DNA from: a virus | Taxonomy: Duplodnaviria; Caudoviricetes | Virus record (IMG/VR): IMGVR_UViG_3300049489_000902 | Location: 1-62,272 of that record | Direction: 5' to 3' (one strand) | Length of the DNA stretch: 62,272 nt | Shown here: one piece after another, positions 1 to 10,610 of the stretch | Numbering within the stretch: position 1 is the first letter of the stretch | Layout: every line of letters begins with the position of its first letter | The notes under the pieces: model-generated | Told to the model about the DNA's origin: nothing | Database searches by the model: none | What the model saw: only the letters and a program-made list of their open reading frames with translations | Translations under genes and position numbers: made by a program

Positions 1-442
1 ATGATATTATCATTACTATTAGCGCAAATATAGGAAATAGATTTAAGAAAGCAGGAAGACAAACTCTAAATAATTTACGAATTCTTTTTCTTAAAGCAAA
101 TGGATTATTTAATGCGCAAATAACTTCAATTACACAAATAATTAAGTTAAGTAAAGGAATAAGAAATTTATAAAGCATTAAAAATGGCATTAATATATTT
201 AATAATTTACTTATTGCATCAGAAATTGTTTTATCATAATTGAATGATAAAGAGGGTTTTACTATTCCTGATGGAAGTAGCATTTGTAATTTATCTAAGA
301 TATCTAATAAATTCTCAGGAAATCCTTCAGGAAGATCAAATGGTAATTTGCCTAAGCTAAGACTAAATGGAGATCCTAGACCATCAATTATAGAATTGCT
401 TGGAATATCTGGAATATTAACTTCTACTGGTTTACAAGGCAT
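1..442 (-). CDS. Partial CDS (runs off window), hydrophobic/membrane-like protein of the baseplate region
   Basis: Manual translation from ATG at 442: MPCKPVEVNIPDIPS...ILMPFLMLYKFLIPLLNLIICVIEVICAL...LFPIFALIVMIIS, open to the window edge; not in the ORF track. Confidence 0.75.
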   Translation of the reverse strand, partial: MPCKPVEVNIPDIPSNSIIDGLGSPFSLSLGKLPFDLPEGFPENLLDILDKLQMLLPSGIVKPSLSFNYDKTISDAISKLLNILMPFLMLYKFLIPLLNLIICVIEVICALNNPFALRKRIRKLFRVCLPAFLNLFPIFALIVMIIS

Positions 443-450
443 GTTTATTC

Positions 451-2316
451 CTATATTGATGGACCTGATTTAGAGACTTGTCTATTATTCAAATATAATC
501 TTTCAGCATCAATTGTTAAATTTGCATCTGATCTTATAGATATATCTTGAGATGACTGTATTTGTATTCTAGATGGCGTCATTATTGTTATTCCATTATT
601 ATCTATTCTTATTATGTTTTGATATTTACCATCTGTAAAAACTCTAATGTCTAATGAACCTGCTTTAAATCCATTGCCATCAGGGAATCTAGAATCTGTA
701 GAAATACCTTCTCCTCCTATTTGAAGCCAAAGGTTTCCGTCCATTTGAACAATAGCACTATTATCCTCTTTATCGCGTCCTAGAGCGGCGACAATGCCAC
801 CAGAAGTATTGAGCCATAGTGACTGCCTATCTGCTGTGTTAGCGCCTATATTTAGCTCTAATGACCCATCTAGATTCATTTGCCCAGATCTTCCACCTGC
901 ATTTGCTGATGGACCATCTATAAAAATAGTATCAGTAGCTACTTTGGATAAAGTTATTATTGAATCTTTATTTATTGTAGAAATATATTGTTTAGGCAAA
1001 GCATCATTAGTTTGACTGTATTTACATACATCCAATATATTATGATAAGCCATTCCTGCTTTTATTAAGCTTCCAGATATTCTATCTTTAGGAGCCGATT
1101 CTCCATCATTGTTTTTTAATGAAATAGAACCTTTATGAAATGAATCTAAAAATATATCTTGATCTGTATATATTAGATTATTTGGATTTGTATCTGAATC
1201 ATCTAGCCATGAAGAATTCTCGTATCTTGATAATAGCGGTACATTTCCAGTTTCAGAAGATGCTGGAACATTTATTTTAAATAATCCTTCTTTATCTATA
1301 TCTACAAAGAATCTTGACCTTGTTTTAGCATAATCTTTAGTTGAATTAACATCTGGTAAATTATTTGTAAAATCTTTCTTAGCATTTAATTCAAAATGAT
1401 AAGCTATGCCTTTTCTATGTTGTTTTTTAACTTCTATAAAATTATCTTTATCATTATCTTTTTTATTAAACTTTATAATAGATCTATTAATATCTAATAT
1501 ATTTCCAAATATATCTACAACAGTACCTTCAACTTTTTCTATTAGATAATTGGGCTCAAACTGACTTAAGCTTAAAGTATCAGCAATAGTTTTTTTTCTA
1601 TTAGAATATCTTTTTTCATAAGAAGTTTGACCTTCTCCTGAAATTAGTTTTAACTCTTCATAGTCACTTTTTACATTAAAATCATAATCAAACTCATATG
1701 TTAAAGATCTTTTTTCTATAAACGTAGGGTTTTTTAATTTTCCTTGTTCATAAGAAATAGGCTTATTGACATCTAAAGCTATTTTCTTTAATGTATTAAA
1801 GTATTCTTCAGACTTTTTATTATAATCAGAAAAATTTGAATTATCTCTATATTCTCTTGATATTGTTGAGTTAACAGTCATTCCATATAAATTAATGCTT
1901 ATCTTACTTTCAAGAGAATTATAATAATTATTAGTTAAACTAATAAACTTTTGATTATTACCTATTTTTATTTTATCAGATAAAGATATAAACTTATTGT
2001 TATTTGATTGTATTTTTAATTCATTTGTTTGTAATAATGGGATATTTGAATTTGATAAGGAGTAATTAGATACAAAATACCATTCATTACCTGAGCCTTG
2101 ACCAATAATAATTATTGAATCTTTTTGAGGCAAAGACCCAATGAACATGCCATTTGGATATTGCAAAGCATATGGCATTTTAATTATTATTTTATGATTT
2201 TGGTTATTTAATAATACATTATATAATAATCTTACTGTAAGTTGATTATTAATTTGATCAACTTCAATGACTTTTGCTTTTTTTAATAAACCAACTGGCT
2301 CTGTAAATGAAGTCAT
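451..2316 (-). CDS. Baseplate central spike-like protein (gp5/gpV type)
   Basis: N-terminal OB-fold-like pattern (AKVIEVD...LTVRLL...LPQKDSIIIIG), C-terminal beta-strand repeats (IRIDNNGITI...IQIQSSQDISIRSDANLTIDAERLYLN); follows the hub gene. Confidence 0.6.
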   Translation of the reverse strand: MTSFTEPVGLLKKAKVIEVDQINNQLTVRLLYNVLLNNQNHKIIIKMPYALQYPNGMFIGSLPQKDSIIIIGQGSGNEWYFVSNYSLSNSNIPLLQTNELKIQSNNNKFISLSDKIKIGNNQKFISLTNNYYNSLESKISINLYGMTVNSTISREYRDNSNFSDYNKKSEEYFNTLKKIALDVNKPISYEQGKLKNPTFIEKRSLTYEFDYDFNVKSDYEELKLISGEGQTSYEKRYSNRKKTIADTLSLSQFEPNYLIEKVEGTVVDIFGNILDINRSIIKFNKKDNDKDNFIEVKKQHRKGIAYHFELNAKKDFTNNLPDVNSTKDYAKTRSRFFVDIDKEGLFKINVPASSETGNVPLLSRYENSSWLDDSDTNPNNLIYTDQDIFLDSFHKGSISLKNNDGESAPKDRISGSLIKAGMAYHNILDVCKYSQTNDALPKQYISTINKDSIITLSKVATDTIFIDGPSANAGGRSGQMNLDGSLELNIGANTADRQSLWLNTSGGIVAALGRDKEDNSAIVQMDGNLWLQIGGEGISTDSRFPDGNGFKAGSLDIRVFTDGKYQNIIRIDNNGITIMTPSRIQIQSSQDISIRSDANLTIDAERLYLNNRQVSKSGPSI

Positions 2317-5300
2317 GATGCCTCAACTAAATAGCAATCTATTACTCTAGACTGTATAACTCTAAGTAATTGACTAGTATTAGTTTCTCTTATTGATGTG
2401 TTAGCGGTAGAAATATCTCCTATTGATCTAACAAAATCAAATGCTGCTTGTGATGGCTTTCTATTCTCATTAACATCTGAAAAATCTACTTCTACATTTT
2501 CAATAAAGTCAGGCAATATTATATCATCATCAGATGTATTTTGCCCTATATTTATTTTAGGAGCAGGTTTTTTACCCACAAATACATCATTGAGATTTTC
2601 TTTTACTTTATTTATAAAATCTGTATTATAACTAACATCATACTTATATGATCTTAATTCTAATTTATATTTTTTAAGATTATGTTGTATCTTATATAAA
2701 GCAGAGAATATAACTGTTTGATATGTTTTTTGGTTTTGAGTACCTAATGTTGATTTGTTAAATAATTGTTCACTAGAATCACTATTTAATACATCATTAA
2801 ATTTCTTTTCATCTGTAAAGAATGTTCCTAAATAAATTCCTTTAACATCTGATTCCCTATCTACTGCCCATGTATTTTTATCTCTATTATTATAAAGCAA
2901 TTTGCCTGTAATATCTAACATATTAGGTATAATTTCACCTGGAGTATGTCCATATTTAAGCTCTAATGTTGTTTTTGCTGGTGAGCCATAAGTAATATCA
3001 TGCCTTACACTTGTTACATAAAACAGCATGTTTCTTGATTCTAAATAAACTACATCTCCTAATTGATAGTATTCATTTATTGGTACATCTATACTTCCAG
3101 AAAAGATATCTTTTCTTGCTTTAGCTAATAAAGCATATGCATATGGAGCACATTGTGAGTCCTTATCATTAAACATAGCAATATTTACTGTATGAGACTG
3201 TAAAGCTCCATACATTCTATACATATCATAATCTATTGCTGATGCTGAAGTTAAGCCATTTGGAGCCTGACCATTTAATGCTGCTGGTCCTGGTAAATTA
3301 TCTGGACCATTTGCAAGTGTTAAGTCTATTTGTCCATTTACTTGAGTACATGTAAATGGTGGTTGTCTTTCAGATATGTCATACCTAATTATATTAGAGT
3401 TTTTAATTATATATCTATTACCTGAATCAGGTCCATAATCATCGAAATTTTCATCTTCTATAAATGACGCAAATACATCTGGTATTGAATTATCACTAAA
3501 TGATGGAAATAATAATTCTTCAGAATTATTATTTGCATATTTAGCTTCAGATGCATTTACTAATGATTTTTCGTATCGTTTTAATAGATCTTGTCTTTTT
3601 GTAATATTTTCCGAAATCTTATCTAAGATAAGTAAATAATTTGGTACTTTTTGTTTTCCAAATAATTCATTTGTATCTACTTTTTGACCAGACTTAGCAA
3701 ATATTCTAGCAGCTATATTTTTTGATAAATCTTGAAAAGATGTAAACTGACTCTCTGGAGTAGTTGTTGCATTAGGAATTAAACTTAAAAATGCTTGTGT
3801 TTTTTCAAGAGATGAAAACACTCTATTTAATGAGCTTTGTCTTTTAACTCTTAAAAATGACTTATCTTCTTCTATGTTTTCGCTAATTTGACTAAAAGTA
3901 CCTGATTCTGAATTTGATATGAACTTAAAAATAACCTTTGTATTACCTTTAATAAAGTTTTCAATATCAGCATCAGTTAATTTGTTTAAAGAATAACTAT
4001 ATAGTCTTATATAGTCTTCAGCTACTTCTATGGACCTTTTTAAATCATTTGCTTGATTTTTATAAAGATCTGATATGAATTTGGGAAAAAAATCTACATT
4101 GTCTTTATTTTGTTCTAGCAATCTTAAAAAGACAGATGATGGCATTTTATTATATTGAGGAGATCTTACTCTTAAATGACCTTGTGTGTCACAGAAGAAT
4201 TCTATTCCTCCAAACATATTTGATACTGTATTAAGCTTTTCATTTATTGATAAATATGAATTATCTAATGATGATAAGCCTCCTTTTATAGCTGTACCAA
4301 AAGCAATTAAATCTTGATCTGAATCATATGAATCATCAACAATAAATAAATTTCTATCTTCATTAGATTTTACTGCCCAAGACATTCTTCTTGTTAAATA
4401 ATTTACTTTCTTCCTTGATTCAAAAGAAGCTAAATTATCACTTATCTTTGAACTAGCATCAAATTGAATATCACTTCCAATTATTTGAAGATTAGCTGCT
4501 TTTTCATCATAACTTTTAGCTATAGTATCAACTATTTCTTTATTTTTAGTTTGTGCCCCTGTTAATAACTCATTAGTTTGTTGGCTTCCATAAGTGATAG
4601 CATCACTTTCCAATGCTTTATTATAAAGACTATTTGTCTCTTGTATTACTTGATTTAATTTAATATCAAGATCTGATATTGAAACTTGATTGCTAAGAAT
4701 TCTTTGATAATCTCTTGGAGACTGGGTAAAATTCTTAAATGGAATAAAATTACCCCATAATTGGTTTCTTTTATTTAATTCTCCTTTTAAGGATTCTAAA
4801 TATGTTTTAGGCTTTGTATTCTTTTTACCTGTATCATGCGTTGCTCTGAAATACGTATTATAATTATATGGTTGACCTGTAATTAATAAAGAAAATATAT
4901 TAATTACATCTTGTCCTGCAAAAGCATCTTCATATATATTGGGATTTCCAACATAATCTATATTGTCTTTTGAAAACGCAGAGCCATCATATACAAATAC
5001 CCCAATTCCTTGTTTCCATTTATATACAAATCCATCAGGCGCATATATTTTATGAGTTATTTTATTTGCTTGTTCATCTACAGAGCAATCATGTATAGCT
5101 TCTACTGTTTTAATATTTTTATTAATTCTAGAACCTGCTTTGGGAGCTAGATCTTTTAATATTTCTTGATTTTCATCTAATAATTCAGGAACGGCTTGGT
5201 CTGAATTATATGTTACAGTATCAAAATTTGTTTTAAATGGAGTTAATGGGTCATACATAGCTCCATTATAAGTATCTACTGATGGATTAAAATTAACTAC

Positions 5301-6914
5301 GCCTTTAGATAAATAATCTTTATTTGAATTACAATCTACAGAAACAGTAAATGTTCCACCACTCCATTGTGTTCTAGCACTATTAATAATTCCACCAAAA
5401 ACACAAGTTCCTTCAACTTCATTTGTAAATAATGATTTTAATGATCCCCATAAACTATCTGGAAATTCTGGACCAACAAATACAGCCTTTTCTACCTGTA
5501 ATGATACATCTTTTTTTGGCTTAAATATAGAGTTCCATGATGTTTTAAAATCTCCTAATGAATGCTGTAAGTTTTCTTTAAAAGTAACTCTTTCACTAAA
5601 AGAAGATTTAATTCCAGCTAATATATTTTTATCTTCAACTGTCTTTGAATTTATGTAAATAAATACAGGATCCGTTGATTGTATTATTGTCTTGCCAAGA
5701 AAATACATTGATAATTTTCTTCTAGCATAATTCTGAGATTCATTATTAGTTGTAGCAGCTCCGTCTAAGTTTATTGATATTGCTACTTTTTTATAAACTG
5801 ATTCTATTAGATCTTTAAATAACGATAATTCATTTCTATCCAATGCTTCTTTACCATAAGCATTTTTATCTGAATCAAGTATATATTCTTCTGGAACAAC
5901 TGTGCCAGCATTACCTGAACCAAATAAACTTCCTATTCCACTAACTGCATTATATTGAAAACAAATCTCTGTTCCAGAACCAAGTAAAGCAGTAACTCTT
6001 TTACCATATAGTGTTTCTGGATTGATTTTTATAATTATTTCACCAACACCTCTATTAGCCCTTAATGCATTTAATCTACCTATCTTATTAGCAATAATAT
6101 CATCTAACGTTTCTATTCCCATAGAGACATATTTATTAGATTTAACCAAATTAGAAGCATCAAATAATGCTTTATTTATATCTCTTTCATTTATTATCAT
6201 GAGTTCATATGGATCTTGAACTGTAAATGAAGCGCGACCTTCTCCTTCTAAACTTACATTAGTACTAATATTAGTTAAACTAGATAATTCTATTACACCA
6301 GTACCTTCACCAAATATAGAATTAAATATATTAGTTGAGTCAGTTAACCATTCTGTTTGATTTTCTGTTTTATTTAAAGAGTAAATTTTCTTTACTCTAT
6401 CCATTACTGCTTTTAAATCACCTTCTGCATTAGAAGTGGTTAAAGAGTTAATTAAGCTATGAATAATAGGTACTACTTGACTTTGAACAGTATTGCTTTT
6501 ACTTACAAAGTTTTGTATTATACAAAGCTTTTCATAAGCAGCAATTTGTTTACATTTGTTTGCAAATAAAATTTTAGTTGCTCTTATAAATAATCTTTCA
6601 TCTTTATCAGCATAATTAGTTGTAAAGTTTTCTGACAAAGAAGAAAACATTTTCTTTTTAACCAAAACTGTATATGTTGGTTGTTGAAAATATATTTCTG
6701 TATTATTTGGTTTTATTTGATCTGAACCAATTCTAACATATCCTTGTTCATTATAATCTAATTTTGCATTATGATCAAATTCTTTTGCAAAATCACCTAA
6801 TGCGCCATATTGTTGAACATGTCCATCTTTTAAAATATCTAAAGACCTGTCAGAGTTTTCACTAACAGCTATATTTTGATCTAATGCTTGACCTAATGCT
6901 TTAAAAAAACTCAT
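2313..6914 (-). CDS. Large baseplate hub protein (gp27/gp44-like)
   Basis: Hub-like motifs EFFCDTQGHLRVRSPQYN and SGSIDVP...QLGDVVYL...FYVTSVRHDITYG...TTLELKYG; synteny after tape measure and tube initiator. Confidence 0.65.
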   Translation of the reverse strand: MSFFKALGQALDQNIAVSENSDRSLDILKDGHVQQYGALGDFAKEFDHNAKLDYNEQGYVRIGSDQIKPNNTEIYFQQPTYTVLVKKKMFSSLSENFTTNYADKDERLFIRATKILFANKCKQIAAYEKLCIIQNFVSKSNTVQSQVVPIIHSLINSLTTSNAEGDLKAVMDRVKKIYSLNKTENQTEWLTDSTNIFNSIFGEGTGVIELSSLTNISTNVSLEGEGRASFTVQDPYELMIINERDINKALFDASNLVKSNKYVSMGIETLDDIIANKIGRLNALRANRGVGEIIIKINPETLYGKRVTALLGSGTEICFQYNAVSGIGSLFGSGNAGTVVPEEYILDSDKNAYGKEALDRNELSLFKDLIESVYKKVAISINLDGAATTNNESQNYARRKLSMYFLGKTIIQSTDPVFIYINSKTVEDKNILAGIKSSFSERVTFKENLQHSLGDFKTSWNSIFKPKKDVSLQVEKAVFVGPEFPDSLWGSLKSLFTNEVEGTCVFGGIINSARTQWSGGTFTVSVDCNSNKDYLSKGVVNFNPSVDTYNGAMYDPLTPFKTNFDTVTYNSDQAVPELLDENQEILKDLAPKAGSRINKNIKTVEAIHDCSVDEQANKITHKIYAPDGFVYKWKQGIGVFVYDGSAFSKDNIDYVGNPNIYEDAFAGQDVINIFSLLITGQPYNYNTYFRATHDTGKKNTKPKTYLESLKGELNKRNQLWGNFIPFKNFTQSPRDYQRILSNQVSISDLDIKLNQVIQETNSLYNKALESDAITYGSQQTNELLTGAQTKNKEIVDTIAKSYDEKAANLQIIGSDIQFDASSKISDNLASFESRKKVNYLTRRMSWAVKSNEDRNLFIVDDSYDSDQDLIAFGTAIKGGLSSLDNSYLSINEKLNTVSNMFGGIEFFCDTQGHLRVRSPQYNKMPSSVFLRLLEQNKDNVDFFPKFISDLYKNQANDLKRSIEVAEDYIRLYSYSLNKLTDADIENFIKGNTKVIFKFISNSESGTFSQISENIEEDKSFLRVKRQSSLNRVFSSLEKTQAFLSLIPNATTTPESQFTSFQDLSKNIAARIFAKSGQKVDTNELFGKQKVPNYLLILDKISENITKRQDLLKRYEKSLVNASEAKYANNNSEELLFPSFSDNSIPDVFASFIEDENFDDYGPDSGNRYIIKNSNIIRYDISERQPPFTCTQVNGQIDLTLANGPDNLPGPAALNGQAPNGLTSASAIDYDMYRMYGALQSHTVNIAMFNDKDSQCAPYAYALLAKARKDIFSGSIDVPINEYYQLGDVVYLESRNMLFYVTSVRHDITYGSPAKTTLELKYGHTPGEIIPNMLDITGKLLYNNRDKNTWAVDRESDVKGIYLGTFFTDEKKFNDVLNSDSSEQLFNKSTLGTQNQKTYQTVIFSALYKIQHNLKKYKLELRSYKYDVSYNTDFINKVKENLNDVFVGKKPAPKINIGQNTSDDDIILPDFIENVEVDFSDVNENRKPSQAAFDFVRSIGDISTANTSIRETNTSQLLRVIQSRVIDCYLVEAS

Positions 6915-6917
6915 AAC

Positions 6918-7754
6918 TTATTCTTTATTTGTAATTAACTTAGAATTTGGGTAAAATGAATGGGTAAAGTCTTCACTACTAAGTGGTCTATGACCTTTAT
7001 TAGCTGAATTATGAAAACCAAAGTAATTTGTTCTATATCCTCTTGTTTGAGTTACAGTAAATTCTAAATTATAGTTCCAAATAAAAGAAGTATCTTCTGT
7101 ACAACTAAAACTAGTAAAATATCCTCTATGTATTTTACCATCAAAATACATTTCTACTGCAAATGCAACTGAAGCTAATGTTGGGAGATTTCTGTTAGCT
7201 AAATTATCTGCTTGTAAAGAATCAGTTCCCAATAAGCCGTTTGCTAATATATTTCCAACTGTAGATCCGATACCAGTAACTGAACCGATTAAACTTCCAG
7301 CTGAATCAACTGCTTTTTTAGCTATATTATACGATGCGTTATTTGATGCTATATTTAAATTAACAGCATTTAAAGCATGTTGTTCTGCTCTATATACTTC
7401 TTCTAATAAATTTATACCTTCAATACCTGAAGACCCTGTAGTTCCCGATATACTTAGTTTAGGTAAATTCTCTCCCCAATATTGCAATGAATATCCAGCT
7501 TTAGTTCTTATTTCTGATATGCTTTTTGAATGTGCATATATTATTTTTTCTGGATTTACAAACATTTTAACTATACCGAATTCAGGTACAAACCAATGCA
7601 CTTCTTTTCTTGTATTTTTACCTGTTCTATTATTTTGTACTTTTGAAAAAGGTAATCCTGTACCATCTCCTGTTGGAGGGACTTTTAATCTATCAACCGT
7701 ATCCATTACAGATTGTGCTGATTTTTCTGTGAAATCTTTTATATTAAAAGCCAT
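6918..7754 (-). CDS. Tail tube initiator / baseplate protein
   Basis: MFVNPEKI...EIRTKAGY..QYWGE..PKLSISGTTG and GYFTSFSCTE...WNYNLEFTV pattern; immediately after tape measure. Confidence 0.6.
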   Translation of the reverse strand: MAFNIKDFTEKSAQSVMDTVDRLKVPPTGDGTGLPFSKVQNNRTGKNTRKEVHWFVPEFGIVKMFVNPEKIIYAHSKSISEIRTKAGYSLQYWGENLPKLSISGTTGSSGIEGINLLEEVYRAEQHALNAVNLNIASNNASYNIAKKAVDSAGSLIGSVTGIGSTVGNILANGLLGTDSLQADNLANRNLPTLASVAFAVEMYFDGKIHRGYFTSFSCTEDTSFIWNYNLEFTVTQTRGYRTNYFGFHNSANKGHRPLSSEDFTHSFYPNSKLITNKE

Positions 7755-7762
7755 ATTTACCT

Positions 7763-9682
7763 TTATTTAGTCGGAACTACTGTTAACTGTTGATTTGTAA
7801 CAGTTACAGAACCATTTGAATCTAATTCTATCTTTAAAGGTTCAAATTTATGTATTACTGTTTGTGGCTGTGTAGATTTTACTGGCTCTATTAGTTTTTG
7901 ATTGGCATTTGTCGTAGGCGTTGATGATTCTCTTATGGTTTTACGAAATGCTTCTGCTACTGTTTTCATTTCTTCTGGTAACTTTGTAAATATATTAGCC
8001 ATACTAGCTACACTTGATGCAAGTTGCATTTGTAATTCTTTTTGCCCAGTTTCCATTACACTAGACGATTTTGAACCCTGTGTAATTTTTTCTTGAACAT
8101 CTTTTCTTTCTTCTTCCCCGACTCTAACTAATCGCTTTGATGTAGAATATGCTTGCGCTCCAGATAGTAATTTTGTAGCACTCATATCTGCTTGGTATTG
8201 AGAAATTCCAGTTTGACCTGACCTTCTTAATTCAGTACCTCTATCTATCATTTGAGTTCTATAATCTTGAGCTGTTCCTTGTATAGCACTTTGAACGTCT
8301 TTTCCTGTACCACCTTTTGCCATAGCATCAATTGCTGCTTTGGCTTGGTTTTGATCAACCATTGAGCCTAATGCGCCTTGAGTTAAGATAGCTACTTGTT
8401 TTTGATATTGAGCAGCCGCTTTAGGGCTTATTGCTGCTTGGTCTAAAGTAACAATTTGTCCACCAAACTGTTTTCTCATTGATTGTTGTACACGTTCAAA
8501 TACTTTATCTATTTTACCTTCTCGTAAATCTTTTTCTATTTGAAAAGCACCCATTAAACCACCAGGACCACCTGTTTGTTGTGATAAAAATGCTTTTTGA
8601 GCAGTACTTAATGCAACAACTCCTTCAGTATATTTCTTTATAATTTCGACTGACTGTTGTTGAGAAACATTATCTCCAAATCCTTTAGATAAAGCTGCAA
8701 ATATTTTTGATGCACCTTCTGAACTTTCTCCAAAATCTTTAAATGCACTTGAAACAGAGTCTAAATACCCTTTTATAAAGGACATTTTCTTGCCCGTTTC
8801 TTCTTGTAATTGAGAATATCTTGCAGATATTATTAACGACTCATCTTGTGTTTTACCATATCTATCAAAAGAATCAGTTAATTCTTTAACTACTTCAGAA
8901 GCCGTACGCCCTGACATAGATATTTGAGCAAATATTTCTCCAAGAGAAATTGATTTTTCTTCAATAGAACGTGGAATTGCAGTTTGTAATGCCCTTTGTA
9001 ATCCGGCTAAAACATCTGGTAGCATATGAGTTTCTCTAACTGCTCCAGCTAACTGGATAGTTAAATTCTTCGTATGTTCTTCCATTGTTTGCAAGCCATC
9101 GGTATTCATTAATACTTTATTTAAAGTACCACCAGCAAGTGCTGCTTCATAAAATGATAACTTTAAATTTTGTTGAGTATCTAATTGAGTAGCTAATGAT
9201 TGTATTACAGTATCTGTAAGTGAGCCAAGACCTTTAACAATAGCAGCTCTTGCTTGTTCTAAGTTTTTTGGCATTGCTAATTTAGCAAAATCTAATCCTG
9301 CTTCTTTAGCTTTATTCCATACCGATTCTAAAGCCCCCATGTCCTTAGCATCAGTCGCAGATGAAAATAATTGCGATTTCAAATCTGCAAATTGTTGTTT
9401 ATAAGATTGGAAATTACTTTTAAAATCAATATTAATATTTCCAATATTTTTAAAATGTTCTGTCTGTTGAAGTAAAGCAGAAACGGCAGTTGTTACTGTA
9501 TTAATTGAAGTAGGATCTGCTGAGTTTATAGAACTGACAAATTTATCTACAGATCCAGCAGCCTTTATTACTAATGACTCTAAACTAGAAAATTCTTTTT
9601 TCATTTCTTCTGGAATAGTTGAAAATAATTTAGCTTTTTCAAGTAATCCATCAATTGAATTTATGTCTACAGTATCTGCCAT
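7763..9682 (-). CDS. Tape measure protein
   Basis: 639 aa, Ala/Gln/Ser-rich helical composition; canonical position after the chaperone pair. Confidence 0.65.
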   Translation of the reverse strand: MADTVDINSIDGLLEKAKLFSTIPEEMKKEFSSLESLVIKAAGSVDKFVSSINSADPTSINTVTTAVSALLQQTEHFKNIGNINIDFKSNFQSYKQQFADLKSQLFSSATDAKDMGALESVWNKAKEAGLDFAKLAMPKNLEQARAAIVKGLGSLTDTVIQSLATQLDTQQNLKLSFYEAALAGGTLNKVLMNTDGLQTMEEHTKNLTIQLAGAVRETHMLPDVLAGLQRALQTAIPRSIEEKSISLGEIFAQISMSGRTASEVVKELTDSFDRYGKTQDESLIISARYSQLQEETGKKMSFIKGYLDSVSSAFKDFGESSEGASKIFAALSKGFGDNVSQQQSVEIIKKYTEGVVALSTAQKAFLSQQTGGPGGLMGAFQIEKDLREGKIDKVFERVQQSMRKQFGGQIVTLDQAAISPKAAAQYQKQVAILTQGALGSMVDQNQAKAAIDAMAKGGTGKDVQSAIQGTAQDYRTQMIDRGTELRRSGQTGISQYQADMSATKLLSGAQAYSTSKRLVRVGEEERKDVQEKITQGSKSSSVMETGQKELQMQLASSVASMANIFTKLPEEMKTVAEAFRKTIRESSTPTTNANQKLIEPVKSTQPQTVIHKFEPLKIELDSNGSVTVTNQQLTVVPTK

Positions 9683-10005
9683 TATGTTCTTTTCTTTTTA
9701 TTTCTCTGGGAAAAGTTACTAACCATCTCTAATGATTTTTCAAAGTCTTTAGTTTCACTTTCAATCTTAGTATCATCACCTTCTGATAGTTTCTTAGCTG
9801 CTTCTGGATTAATAAATGATCCTATTAAATATGCGTGATTTTTAGCTAGATCAAACTTTTCCGTTTGATCATGCATCCAATTAATAAATAAAAATTGTTT
9901 TTCTATCGGGTCTATATTTTCTATTACAGAATCACTAGGAAGCACCCCTAAATTCTTAGATAAATCATAGATAAATCTAAATTCGGGGTCATATATTATT
10001 TTTTT
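9682..10005 (-). CDS. Frameshift extension of the tail assembly chaperone (GT-like C-terminal part)
   Basis: The -1 frame is open from the A7 run at 9999-10005: KKIIYDPEFRFIYDLSKNLGVLPSDS..., continuous with track ORF 9682..9945. Confidence 0.7.
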   Translation of the reverse strand, partial: KKIIYDPEFRFIYDLSKNLGVLPSDSVIENIDPIEKQFLFINWMHDQTEKFDLAKNHAYLIGSFINPEAAKKLSEGDDTKIESETKDFEKSLEMVSNFSQRNKKKRT

Positions 10006-10541
10006 ATATCTTCAACCACCTCCTTTGCATCTTTTTCATTTTTAATTGTATATTTACTGTTTATTTCATTTTTCATTAAAATATATTCATTATATAATCT
10101 TGTAGTTACATATTCTTCTAACTCATCTATAAATAATAAATGATCTTCAATATCATTTGATCCTATTATTTCTGATAAAGTTAAACCATCTATTGTTTTT
10201 ATAAATCTAATTAATATTTGTTTCTTTAATTCAAATGGCTCTTCCATACCATTTAAACCTAACAATGCCACTACTGCTTCCTTATATTCTTTTGTCTTTA
10301 ATGAAGCTACAACAAATTCATATTCGCCTATTTTTATAGTCTTTTCCAACCTTGTTAAATTTGCTAAAATACCAATCCTTTTTTTAGCAAAATCAGATAA
10401 TCTAGGCTCTTCCTTTTCTTTCATTTGTTGATTCTCTAACTCCACAATCTCTTCATCTGATAAATGATCTACAGAATCAACAGTAAATTGCTTTAATTGT
10501 CTATTTACTTTTCTTTTACCTATTGTACTTTCAAATTCCAT
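9996..10541 (-). CDS. Tail assembly chaperone (G-like)
   Basis: Between tube and tape measure; start moved to ATG 10541 (MEFEST) preceded by GGAGAG; ends ATA AAA AAA TAA. Confidence 0.7.
   Translation of the reverse strand: MEFESTIGKRKVNRQLKQFTVDSVDHLSDEEIVELENQQMKEKEEPRLSDFAKKRIGILANLTRLEKTIKIGEYEFVVASLKTKEYKEAVVALLGLNGMEEPFELKKQILIRFIKTIDGLTLSEIIGSNDIEDHLLFIDELEEYVTTRLYNEYILMKNEINSKYTIKNEKDAKEVVEDIKK
9999..10005 (-). other. Putative -1 programmed ribosomal frameshift site A AAA AAA
   Basis: Slippery heptamer directly before the chaperone stop; the -1 frame joins the next ORF. Confidence 0.7.
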
Positions 10542-10557
10542 ATACTCTCCAAAAAAT

Positions 10558-10591
10558 AAAACTACCATGACCTATATATCACGGTAGTTTT
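10558..10591 (-). terminator. Intrinsic terminator after tail tube gene
   Basis: Minus strand AAAACTACCGTGA-loop-TCATGGTAGTTTT (one G.U pair) followed by a T-rich run. Confidence 0.7.
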
Positions 10592-10610
10592 AATATGTTT
10601 TGACTTTAAT

